Of a stretch of 64,000 nt of DNA, positions 27,082 through 36,700 are shown piece after piece. The notes under the pieces are model-generated. The model was not told where the DNA came from. It saw only the letters and a program-made list of their open reading frames with translations, and ran no database searches. Both the position numbers and the translations under genes were made by a program. Each line of letters begins with the position of its first letter. Within the stretch, counting starts at the first letter, position 1. The DNA comes from Rhodothermales bacterium (lineage in GTDB: Bacteria; Bacteroidota; Rhodothermia; Rhodothermales; BA12). The stretch lies in the NCBI GenBank assembly GCA_963841855.1, contig CAWJEJ010000003.1, positions 384,946 to 448,945 on the forward strand, read 5' to 3'.

Positions 27082-28209
27082 TCAGCGGGTGGCGAGCGCT
27101 GGGAGGCTGGTGGCCGAGCGCGTCACCTCGACGGTTTCGCCGCCCGAGAGCGTGTTCTGACCGAGCACGACGACGCGGTCTCCGGCCTTGAGTCCGGCCG
27201 TGACGACGACGCGTCCGCCCTGCTCCTCGCCCAGGATGACCTCGCGGCGCGTGGCCGTAGCCGACTCTCCGCTGCCCTGGACGACGAACAGGCTGGCCGC
27301 CGACTCGCTGACGATCACGGCGTCGAGCGGCACGACCAGCGCCTGGGCGACTTCCTCGCGCGGCACGCTCAGGCGGACCACCATTTCGGGCTTGAGTTGT
27401 CCACCGTCGCTGGGACGCACGCGGATCGGGTAGGTCCGGCTGTCCGGGTCGATGGCCGTTCCGACGAACGTGACGACGCCCGTCATCTCGCTCATGCCGA
27501 CGGCCGACGAGGTGATGCGCACGCGCGTGCCCTCGGTCACGGCTCCGGCATAGCGCTCGGGCACCCCCGCGACGATTTCCATGTTGCCCGGCGAGACGAT
27601 CCGCACGACCTGGGTGCCGGGACTGACCTGCTCGCCCCTATCGACGACGTGTTCTTCGATGCGGCCCGCAAACGGCGCGACGATGCGCGTGTTGTCGAGC
27701 TGCGCCTGCGACTGCACCAGCGCGGCCTGCGCCTGGGCGACGGCGGCCTGCGCCTGGGCTTGCTCGGCCCGAACGCTGGCGAATTCGAGCGCGCTGATGA
27801 TCGAGTCGGCCACCAGGCGCTGCTGGCGGTCGAGCGACTCGGTGGCGAGGTCGAGGCGCGCCTGCGAGGCGCGCAGCGACGCCCGCGACTGCTCGACTCC
27901 GGCGGCGAGCACGCCCGGATCGATCTGCGCGACGACCGTTCCCCGGCTGACGGTGCGGCCCAGCGCGGCGAGACGGGTGATCGTGCCCGACGCTTGGGCG
28001 GCGAGCGTGGCGTCGTCCGGCGCTTCGACGGTCGCCGTGAGTTCGACCGACAGTTCGTAGGTCGACGGCTGCACGTCGAGCACCTCGACGCGCGTCGAGG
28101 TGAGCGCTGCGGGAGCCGCTGCGGCCGGATCGGGATCGCTCGAAGAGCAGGCGGCGAGCATCAGGCAGAGCGAGCCGATGGCGGCGCGGGAGGCGAAAGA
28201 GAGAGTCAT
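27082..28209 (-). CDS. RND efflux periplasmic adaptor (MFP)
   Basis: ATG at 28209 gives the lipoprotein signal MTLSFASRAAIGSLCLMLAAC. Coiled-coil hairpin (AQAQAAVAQAQAAL) and TRIVAPFAGRIEE barrel-sandwich motif. Confidence 0.85.
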   Translation of the reverse strand: MTLSFASRAAIGSLCLMLAACSSSDPDPAAAAPAALTSTRVEVLDVQPSTYELSVELTATVEAPDDATLAAQASGTITRLAALGRTVSRGTVVAQIDPGVLAAGVEQSRASLRASQARLDLATESLDRQQRLVADSIISALEFASVRAEQAQAQAAVAQAQAALVQSQAQLDNTRIVAPFAGRIEEHVVDRGEQVSPGTQVVRIVSPGNMEIVAGVPERYAGAVTEGTRVRITSSAVGMSEMTGVVTFVGTAIDPDSRTYPIRVRPSDGGQLKPEMVVRLSVPREEVAQALVVPLDAVIVSESAASLFVVQGSGESATATRREVILGEEQGGRVVVTAGLKAGDRVVVLGQNTLSGGETVEVTRSATSLPALATR

Positions 28210-28259
28210 CAGAGGGCGGGGAGAGTCGGTAGAAGAGGTCTTGGAGAGGCGGCGGCGAT

Positions 28260-29876
28260 TCACCGGGCGCTGGGGGCTGAGGCGCTGGTCGCGGACTGCA
28301 CGAGCGTAGTCGGCTGCCGGGCGGCGGGCTGCCCGATGGCGCTGGCGAATGCGCTCTCGGCGATCAGGTAGTCGTAGGCGGCGCTGGCGAGGTCGAGGCG
28401 CGTCTGGTCGAGCTGCTGCGAGGCTTCGCGCAGTTCGAACGGCGACGAAACGCCTTCCTGGACGCGCACTTCGGCAAACGTGTAGTTGGTGGCGGCGCGC
28501 TCCTCGTTGCGCTGGCGGGCGAGGATGCGCTCCCTGGCGGCCCGCACGTCGCGCAGCGCCTGGGCCACTTCGAGGCGGACGCTCTCGCCCAGCTGCTCGG
28601 CCTGCAACTCGGCCTGCTCGACGGCGATTCGCTGCTGCCGAATCTGCGCGCTGCGCTGCCCTCCGGTGAACAGGTTCCACGACAGGCGGACGCCCACGCT
28701 CACGTTGGGATTCCAATAGTTGGAGCTGAAAAAGCCGTTCTCGTCCTGCTCGAAGGCGAACGGGTCGTCGGGATCGCTGAGGACGGTCGAGCGGTCGTCG
28801 GGGACGCTGCCGGTATAGGACAGGTCGGCGAACGCGCTGATCGACGGCAGGCGCTGCGCCTTGGTGACGCGCACCTGCAAGCGGCTGAGTTCGACCTGCA
28901 ACGCCGCCTGGGTCAGATCGGCGCGTCGTTCGAGCGCGGTTTCTACGGCGTCTTCGGCCGGAATGCTGGCATAGAGAAAGGCATCCTGCACGTCCAGATC
29001 ACCCTGCAACTGCACGTCGCGCGCGACGGCGACGCCCAGCGTCAGTTTGAGGTTATCGAGCGCCGTTTGGACGCTGGCCCGCGCGTCGATGAGCTGGGCC
29101 TCGGTGTTGCCCAGTTCGACTTCGGCGGTCAGGCGGTCGTACTTGGGCGCCGCGCCGACCTCGACGCGGAGCGCGGTCTCCTCGACCGTCCGGCTGACGC
29201 GCCGCGCGCTCGACTCGAAGACGCCGACTTGCCGCTGGGCGAGCAGGACCGCGTAGTAGGCCTGGCGCGCATTGTCGGCGGCGATCTGGGCCTGGCGCTC
29301 GGCTCCGAGTTCGCTGGCCTGCTCGGCCGTGCGCGCCCCCCGGATGCCCGGAATGGCCGAGCCGTTGAAGAGCGGCTGGGTGATCGACACGCCGCCGGTG
29401 ATCTGCGTTGGCACGCCGAACGGGTTGTCCGAGCCGCCCAGGTTGATGCCTGCGGCCTGGTAGCCTTCGGCCTGTCGGCGCTGAAACTCGGCGAGCGAGA
29501 TGGGAGTGGTCGCCGGGTTGCCGTCCGTGCGCGCTTCTTCGTTGAAGGCGAGCCAGCCGACCGAGCCAATCGACCCGAAGAGTCCGCCCGCGTCGCTTCC
29601 GGCAAAGGGATCGGCCTGCTTGACGTTGCGCGTGTACGAGCCGTTGGCTGAGACCTGGGGCAAGATCTGCCCCCACGCCTCGCGCACCTGGGCTTCTGCG
29701 GTCTCGACGTCGTAGCGGCTGGCGCGCAGAGCGTAGTTCTGGGCGAGCGCGATGGCGACGGCGTCGTCGACCGAGAGGACGAGCGGAGCGCCGGTGGCGG
29801 CAGCGGCGGGTGTGAACTGAGCGCGGACGGGCGCGGCGGCCAGCAGGCAGGCCAGGAGGAGCAGGCGGAAGGGCAT
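28260..29876 (-). CDS. TolC-family outer membrane efflux protein
   Basis: ATG at 29876 gives MPFRLLLLACLLAAAPVRAQ. Two OEP repeats (LSVDDAVAIALAQNYALRAS…; LEVAQALRDVRAARE…). Confidence 0.85.
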   Translation of the reverse strand: MPFRLLLLACLLAAAPVRAQFTPAAAATGAPLVLSVDDAVAIALAQNYALRASRYDVETAEAQVREAWGQILPQVSANGSYTRNVKQADPFAGSDAGGLFGSIGSVGWLAFNEEARTDGNPATTPISLAEFQRRQAEGYQAAGINLGGSDNPFGVPTQITGGVSITQPLFNGSAIPGIRGARTAEQASELGAERQAQIAADNARQAYYAVLLAQRQVGVFESSARRVSRTVEETALRVEVGAAPKYDRLTAEVELGNTEAQLIDARASVQTALDNLKLTLGVAVARDVQLQGDLDVQDAFLYASIPAEDAVETALERRADLTQAALQVELSRLQVRVTKAQRLPSISAFADLSYTGSVPDDRSTVLSDPDDPFAFEQDENGFFSSNYWNPNVSVGVRLSWNLFTGGQRSAQIRQQRIAVEQAELQAEQLGESVRLEVAQALRDVRAARERILARQRNEERAATNYTFAEVRVQEGVSSPFELREASQQLDQTRLDLASAAYDYLIAESAFASAIGQPAARQPTTLVQSATSASAPSAR

Positions 29877-30034
29877 CGGAGGCAGAGGTGTCGCGGAAAG
29901 ACCGGGCGACGGGAGATGTCGCGTGGTGTCTTTCTTAGACGAGTGCCTGCGTGGGCTGGTCGGCTCGGTTTCCACCCTATCGGCGCCACCCGCGTCACCC
30001 TCTGCGCGTGGTGAGGTTCACCACAGCCGCGCCG

Positions 30035-30499
30035 CTACCCCGTCTGCCCGGCGAGCCGCGTGTCGACAGCGAACGGCTCGGCTGGGCCAACGGTCACCTG
30101 CTGCCAGTCGGGATGGGTCGGGTTGAGCAGGTAGTTGCGGTGCATCGGCACGACGGCCGACGGCACGCTCAAAACGGCTGACACCTGCTCGTCGAACCAC
30201 AGCGAGCCGACGCGCTGCGCGCCGGGGTCCCAAGGCCACGACTGCCATCGTGGGGGCAGTTCGTCCGCTTGGAGATCGACGATGAGCGCCTGGGGCACGT
30301 CGGCGGCGAACACGACGTAGGAAGAGGCCAGCAGATCGGTCCGGGCGGTGTGCACGAGGGTTTCGAGCAGCGCCGTGGCGGGCGTGTCGGCGGCGTAGAC
30401 GACCGGCGTTCCCAGCCGGTGCCAGCGTCCCCTGCCGCGCGACCCGCGAAAGGCGGTCCGGGCGTACTCGGCTCGGGTGAGTCGGTAAACGATCGGCAC
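30035..30499 (-). CDS. RES-domain toxin (NAD+-targeting family)
   Basis: 154-aa ORF with GTG start. RLTRAEYA…GRWHRLGTPVVYAADTPATALLE…SVPSAVVP carries the R-E-S signature spacing. Confidence 0.8.
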   Translation of the reverse strand: MPIVYRLTRAEYARTAFRGSRGRGRWHRLGTPVVYAADTPATALLETLVHTARTDLLASSYVVFAADVPQALIVDLQADELPPRWQSWPWDPGAQRVGSLWFDEQVSAVLSVPSAVVPMHRNYLLNPTHPDWQQVTVGPAEPFAVDTRLAGQTG

Positions 30500-30500
30500 G

Positions 30501-30920
30501 TCAGGCCGCCCCGGTTTCGCCGATGACGGTCAGCATGTCCTCGACCTCGCGCAGGCCCGGTTCGGTGTCGAGCCGCTGGACCGGAGTTTCGCCGCCGAGC
30601 AGCGGGTGCGGGCTGGTGAGCCAGGTGCGGGCTTTGTCGTCGGTGCCCAGCGCCTCACGCGCTCTATCGCGGACGAAAAGCAGACGCCACAATCGGTCGC
30701 TTTCGGACGGTGAGAGTGCCTCTCCCCGCTCGCGCCGCCGCTGGACAGTCCGCGTGGACGAGCCAAGCAACCGCTCCATCGCATCCGTCGACAGGCCGAG
30801 CGCATCGCGGACCTCATCGGCCTGCCCAATGCGCAGCCCGCTGCGAACTTCGCTCGGGCGCGGCGGGAGGGCCAGAGCGGAACCGGAGCGCAGAGCAGAA
30901 CGGAAGGAATGAGCAGTCAT
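30501..30920 (-). CDS. Xre-like antitoxin with DUF2384 (MbcA/ParS) toxin-binding domain
   Basis: LSPSESDRLWRLLFVRDRAREALGTDDKARTWLTSPHPLLGGETPVQRLDTEPGLREVEDML. Its stop lies 1 nt before the RES start. Confidence 0.8.
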   Translation of the reverse strand: MTAHSFRSALRSGSALALPPRPSEVRSGLRIGQADEVRDALGLSTDAMERLLGSSTRTVQRRRERGEALSPSESDRLWRLLFVRDRAREALGTDDKARTWLTSPHPLLGGETPVQRLDTEPGLREVEDMLTVIGETGAA

Positions 30921-30997
30921 GAACCAGGAGGGTGTGCAGATCGCTACCGACAAACGTCGTCTGTGTTTCGGCACATGCCGCCCGCTCGGCGAGAAGT

Positions 30998-31777
30998 CTA
31001 CGATCCCGTCAACCAGCGGCGCGCGGGTGTTTCGTCGTCGAATGCCTTCACGTCGACCGGCAGCAGGCCTCCGGCCGTCGCGGACAACGCGGACAGCCAG
31101 CCGGGAGCGTTCACGAGGGCGACGCGCCGTAGCGACCCGACGTGCTGGGCAAGGGCGGCTTCGTGGCGGGCGGCGCCCAGGCTGAATCCGTAGAGGTCTC
31201 CGAAGCGCACGAGCAGATCGATGGCGTCGTGCCGGGCCAGCGCCTCTTCGATGGCGGGTACGAGGACGGTGCGGTAGTCGGCGGACGTGAGGCGGCCTTG
31301 GATGTGGAACGCGACGATGTGCGTGTCGGGCGAGCGCAGGAGTGTGACGGCGGGCGAGCCGGCCGTGTCGTCGTCTTCGCTGGGCGCGTCGGTTTCGCCG
31401 GGCAGCGGGTCGGCCGAGATCCAGGCGCGGGCCTCGGCTAGGCTCTCGAAGCGGCGGATGGGAAAGGGCGAGACGCCGCCTGCGAGCGAGGCGTAGCGCT
31501 CGAACCAGTCGGGGCCGCCGACGATGGCGTAGCGGTCGAGTTTGTGCAGCGCCTCCTTTTTCATCTGGATCAGGCCCGCCGAAAACGCGCTGGGGTCCGG
31601 GATGGCGAACGTGTCGATCTGGACCAGCAGGCGGATGCGGTCGTGTTCTCGGAGATCGGCCCAGATGAGGGCGAAGTCGTCGGCGTTCATCTTGCCGTCG
31701 AGCGCGTAGGCGAGAACGGGAACGGCGGCGTCGGGCGCGTCGGGCGCGTCGAGGCGGCGGAGGGCGGCGGTAGGCAT
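30998..31777 (-). CDS. two-domain STAS (SpoIIAA-like, DUF3478-type) protein
   Basis: VLAYALDGKMNADDFALIWADLREHDRIRLLVQID…LDRYAIVGGPDWFERY…ARAWI, then HIVAFHIQGRLTSADY…IDLLVRFGDL…LRRVALVNAPGWL…ARRWL. Confidence 0.75.
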   Translation of the reverse strand: MPTAALRRLDAPDAPDAAVPVLAYALDGKMNADDFALIWADLREHDRIRLLVQIDTFAIPDPSAFSAGLIQMKKEALHKLDRYAIVGGPDWFERYASLAGGVSPFPIRRFESLAEARAWISADPLPGETDAPSEDDDTAGSPAVTLLRSPDTHIVAFHIQGRLTSADYRTVLVPAIEEALARHDAIDLLVRFGDLYGFSLGAARHEAALAQHVGSLRRVALVNAPGWLSALSATAGGLLPVDVKAFDDETPARRWLTGS

Positions 31778-31910
31778 GGCGAGTCGAAAGCTGAACGGTG
31801 GGTTACCCGCCCGTAAACGTCGCCAAGCGCTGCCGGGTTAGCGGCGCGATCCACCGTTTACCCGTAGTGGGATCCACCACGGCGCACCGGGAGAAAAGCC
31901 GAGCCGAGTG

Positions 31911-32519
31911 CTACCGGTAGGCGCGGACGTAGTCGACTTCGAGGCGGAACGGGCCGTCGATGCCGTCCAGGATGTAGAAGCCTATGCTGCGCAGGTTCTC
32001 GGGGTCGATGGTCTCGGCCTGAACCGGCTCGCCCATGACGGTCGCGCGCAGGTCGGAGAAGGGCACGCGCACCGTCGTCCAGTCGTCGGACGTGTCGAAG
32101 GGGGCACGCCACGAGGCTTCGCGCCCGCGCATCTCGCGGTCGTCGTCGAGTTCGACCTCGAAGGTGCGTCCGCCGCCGCGCACGCGCATTTCGACGCCCT
32201 GGTAGTCCGACAGATCGGCGCTGATCGCGGTCCGCGTCGACGTGAAGCCGCCGCCTTGGGTGACGAGCGTTCCGGTGAAGACGAGCGCGCCGCCCTCGAC
32301 GGCTACCGCGCCCTCGGAATCGCCGCCCATCACGCCATCGTTGACGACTTCCCACTCGGACGCGTCGAAGACGAGGAGCGCTTCGTCGTAGGCCTGAGCT
32401 TCAGTAGCAGCGGGCGCGTCCATGGCTGGCGCGGTGGACGTGGCCTCATCACCGGAAGCGCAGGCGCTCAGGACGAGTAGAAAGGCGCAGGCGAGCGCGA
32501 GCGGTGAGAAGCGATTCAT
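31911..32519 (-). CDS. CIA30-domain lipoprotein
   Basis: Signal plus lipobox (LVLSAC). WEVVNDGVMGGDSEG…TQGGGFTSTR is the CIA30 (complex I intermediate-associated protein 30) signature. Confidence 0.7.
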   Translation of the reverse strand: MNRFSPLALACAFLLVLSACASGDEATSTAPAMDAPAATEAQAYDEALLVFDASEWEVVNDGVMGGDSEGAVAVEGGALVFTGTLVTQGGGFTSTRTAISADLSDYQGVEMRVRGGGRTFEVELDDDREMRGREASWRAPFDTSDDWTTVRVPFSDLRATVMGEPVQAETIDPENLRSIGFYILDGIDGPFRLEVDYVRAYR

Positions 32520-32635
32520 CGAGGTGTCGTAGTGAGGTAGAAGAGACGGCGCATCAGCGAATGCGGCGGCCGATTGGAATGGAAAGGGGCGCCTGTCGGT
32601 TCGGCGGCTGCTGCTCCGTTAGCAAAGTCACACAA

Positions 32636-33733
32636 TCAGGCCGATTGCTCGGCTGCGCGGACGGCTTTGGCCCATTCGCCTGCCAGGTCCACGTCTACGC
32701 GCAGCAGCGGGATCGCCCCGTCACGCCCGCGCAGTTCGACCGAGCCGATGGGCCGCGCCGTGACGCCTTCGGGCAGAGGCGCCAGTTCCAAGACGGCGTC
32801 GGAGGCGAGCAGGCGGGCGTCGTAGGCGCGGCACTGCCCTTCGATACGCGCGGTCACGTTGACGGCATCGCCCGAGTGGACGATGTCCTTTTTGAGCGTC
32901 CCGACCTCGGCCGTGACGACGGTTCCGCAGTGCAGCCCGCCTTTGAAGCGAGGCACCTCGCCGTAGCGCGACCGGTAGCGGCTGGCCCGGCGAGCGATGG
33001 CGCGGTCGATCAGCACGAACGTCTCGACCGGGCTTCGGCGCAATTTGCCGCCCTTGACGCGCCACGTGATCACGACCTCGTCGCCGACGTACTGGTAGAT
33101 CTGTCCCCCGGTCGCAAGAATCGGCTGCGCCACGTCGCGGAAGAAGTCGTTTTTGAACGCGTTGAAGCGCTCGGGTCCCAGGCGCTGCGCCAGTCCAGTC
33201 GAGTCGGTGAGGTCGAGAAACAGGAACGCCCGCTCTTCCTCGACCGGCACGCGGTAGCGCCCGACGAGCAGGGCTAGGAGCGTGCCCGGCCCCAGCATCA
33301 GCCGCACCTGGTGGGCGAAGTTGATGGCGAACGAAGCGCCGATGACCAGCGCCGTCGACAGCAGAAATGCTCGGCTCGTCAGATACGCTGAGACTTCGGG
33401 CGTGCGGTAGATCTCGGCCCAGGTCACGTCCAGCGCGGCACGTCCTTCGAGGCCGATGAAGAATAGCGTGCCGACCGTCGCCGCGAACGCGTAGAACAAC
33501 GTCCGCGCGATGACGGCTCCGCCCGACGAGAGGCGGCGTCCGCGCCGCTCCATCGCCCAAAACTCGAACCACGCGCTCAGCAGCCCGATGCCGACGCCGA
33601 ACGCAACCGCGATAGCCGTCTGAGGCGGTTCGCCGCTCGGCCGCAGTGCCCATTCGAGCAGCAGCGCAATCGCGATCCAACCCGCGACGAGGCGAGCGGC
33701 GGCGCGCAAGGATCGGACGTAGCGGTGATTCAT
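32636..33733 (-). CDS. membrane-anchored class III adenylate/guanylate cyclase
   Basis: About 5 TM segments, then RAFLFLDLTDSTGL, YVGDEVVITW and SGDAVNVTARIEG. Confidence 0.85.
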   Translation of the reverse strand: MNHRYVRSLRAAARLVAGWIAIALLLEWALRPSGEPPQTAIAVAFGVGIGLLSAWFEFWAMERRGRRLSSGGAVIARTLFYAFAATVGTLFFIGLEGRAALDVTWAEIYRTPEVSAYLTSRAFLLSTALVIGASFAINFAHQVRLMLGPGTLLALLVGRYRVPVEEERAFLFLDLTDSTGLAQRLGPERFNAFKNDFFRDVAQPILATGGQIYQYVGDEVVITWRVKGGKLRRSPVETFVLIDRAIARRASRYRSRYGEVPRFKGGLHCGTVVTAEVGTLKKDIVHSGDAVNVTARIEGQCRAYDARLLASDAVLELAPLPEGVTARPIGSVELRGRDGAIPLLRVDVDLAGEWAKAVRAAEQSA

Positions 33734-33769
33734 AGGCAGGAGGGTACGCCGCGTGCGCAGCGTGGAGTT

Positions 33770-36700
33770 CTAAAACGCGAAACCGAGTCCGACCGTCAGC
33801 GCACCGCCTTCGACCGAGCGGCCATAGCTCGCCACAACCGTCGCCGCGTCGTAGATGTAGGCCCATAGGCCGCCGCCGTAGCCCTGGTGCCAGCGCCGCG
33901 ACGATTCGTCGTCGGTCCAGACGCGGCCGTTGTCGGCGAAGACCAGTGCGCCTAGCTCTCCGTATCCCAGCAGTCCCGAGAAACTGAGCAGTTCCACTCG
34001 CAGGTCGAGGTTCTGGTAGAACGACGTACGTCCGGCGAAGCGGGTGCTGCGGTAGCCGCGCAGGCCCGACGAGGCGCCGAGCGTGGCGGCGTCGAAGAAC
34101 GGAAACGAGCCAATGACCGTCTCCGCTCCTACCCGCGTCGCAATCGTGAACTGCCGCTCGTTCGTGGGCGTGAGGTAGAGCGTCAGCGCGGACCCCATGC
34201 GGGCGTACGGATCGGCGCTCTTCGACAACCCGGCTCGGGCCGTAACGGACGAGCGCCACCGAAAGCCCTGACGCGGATTGGCGTCGAGATCGACGGCGTC
34301 CACGTCGAGCGTAGAGGTGGCACCGGCGAAGAGCAAACGGCCGAACGTGCCGTCCGAGATGCCCGCCTGAGGCGTCCCCGAAAAGCGCTCTCCGTCCTCC
34401 TGCACGTCGATGTAGGCCACGTCTGGACCGGCGCGAAATGTGACGCCGGGAGCGACGCGGCGGCTCAGTAGCGGACGCGCGGTGATGCGGCCGAACTGCG
34501 TGCGGTAGAAGCTGTTGCTGCGCGCCTCGACCGTCTCGTTGCCCAGACCATAGTAGTTGTAGTCGCTACCCGGCGTCTCAATCGACACGTCGGCGTCCAG
34601 GTCCCAGGCGCCGAACAATCGGGGAAGCAGGCCGCGGTATTGAAGGTCGAAGGCTCGGTCGGCCGTTCCGAAGCGCGCGAGAATGCGATGCTGGTAGGAG
34701 AACGGCGCCTTACGAAATCCGAAGCGCGTCACCTGTCCCGCCGCTCCGACGACGAGCCCGTCGTCGGGCGTGTAGCCTAGAATCGGGACCCTCGTGGCCC
34801 GGTTCAGGCGGAAGTCCATGCGGTCGTAGCGGTTGACGCGCAGGTCGTCCGAGAGCATCAGGTGCGTGCGCGGCCCCGATGCGACTTCGGTCGAGGCGGG
34901 CGTGTCGTAGACCATGAGCTTGTTGCCCCGTCCGGCCGCGCCCGCCAGATCGAACGTGTCTTCGCCTGCGCCGCCGATAGCGCGGACGAGGACGCGCGCA
35001 GGTCCCGGTCCCTGCACGACGAAGTGGTCGCGCCCGCCTCGCCCGTAGAGACGGATTTCTTGCGTCTCGCTCGGCCGGTAGACGCGCCGAAACAGTTCCT
35101 TACGGATCTCGCCCTCCTTACTCGTTTTGAACATCGCGATTTCGGTCGTGCCGTCGGCGTGCTCGGTGATCTCGAAGCGCTCGTGCTTGTGCGATCCCAC
35201 CACGTCGGCCGCCTGGGCGATGATCGCGTAGTAGCGCTCGGCGACGCGCACCAGGTCGTCGCGGCGCTCCCGAAGGATCCTCAGCGTTTCGTCGCCGGAT
35301 TGCCGGTAGACGGGCGGCGGAAGTGCCTGGACAGACGCCAGAAGGACGCTGTCGGTCAAAGAGGCTTGCACTTCTCGGGCGATGCGCGTCCAGTCGTCAC
35401 CGGTGAGCGCGGCGGCGAAGCGCCGGTCGAGCGGCATCGGCTTGCTGTTGAGGCCGCCGATCATCCCATACTCGTCGTCGAAGTCCTGCCACGTCGGCTC
35501 GGCGAAGTAGCGGTAGGCGCGCGGCGCCAGGCCGTCAACCTGCAAGAATGCCATATCGCGGTCGCGAGGAATCGGAACGTAGACTTTGCCCTGCGTCCGG
35601 TCGTCACCGGTCAGCGTAGAGTCGCGCTCATGGGGTTCGAACGCAGCCCAGCGCACGTTGTCAGTCGTGCGGTCGTGGTCCGACACCAGCATGTCGACGA
35701 GGCGGCTGCGCACCCACGAATCGGCCTCGACGCGGTGGTCGTTGTCGCCGTCGATCTCGCGAAACAGTTTGGCCGATCCGATCACGTTAGTCGCGCCGCC
35801 CATGCTCGGCACGTCCGACATGTCCTCGTCGGGCCGCTCCTCGAGCAGCACGATCTGACCGGCGAGCACGCCTTGAAATGGTCCCATGCGCGGGTCGTCG
35901 GGCACGTAGACGAGGCGCGGGTTGGTGTGCAGCATGCCGACCGCGTCGCCCAGAGGCGGCACCATCAGCGCGCCGTACGGGTGCTGCAAGCCGATGCGCT
36001 CCTGGATGACCGTTCCCGCCAGCGTGCGCCGCATCTGAGGCGACCACGAGCGGGCCGTCGCCTTGTCGATCGAGCGCAGCATCCACGTCTTGCCGTCGGC
36101 CGCGCGCAGCCACAGCGTCGTCGACTGCGAGTTGCCGCCCGTCCGGATCGGCGTGAGTCCGCCCAGGTCGGTGCCGATGTCGAGGACCGGAGCCGTGACT
36201 GGCGTCCCCCACACGTCGCGCCAGCCCTCGCCCTGAATCAGCGTGCGAACGGATCCGGCACCCGCGTAGCGCGCGCCTGCCGCCAGCGTCATACTGTCGG
36301 GAAGAGCCGCGACGGACGCAGGCTGCGCAGCGCTGACCGAGTCGGGCGTCTGCGCCGCCGCAGGTTTCAGGCGCGTGCGGTAGAGCATCCGTCCTTGGTC
36401 AGAGTCCGACGGCGTCCACATCTCGAGCCACGACGAACCATCGGCGTAGTATCCGATCGAAGCGAACCCGGCCTCGCTTCGGGCGAACAGGGCGCCGTCG
36501 GAGTCGGAGTACGAAGCGCCCGAACCGGCCCCACTGACGACGTAGTCGGTCTGAGCGTTGGACGTGAGCGCGCGGAAGTGTTGCAGACTGTGCTCGTGCC
36601 CAGCAGCGTAGACGACGTGCTCCTGCCGCGCCAACAGGCCGCCCACTTCGCGGCGAAGCGAGCGGTAAGGAGGCGACGCCAAATCCTGCCTGTTGCCGAA

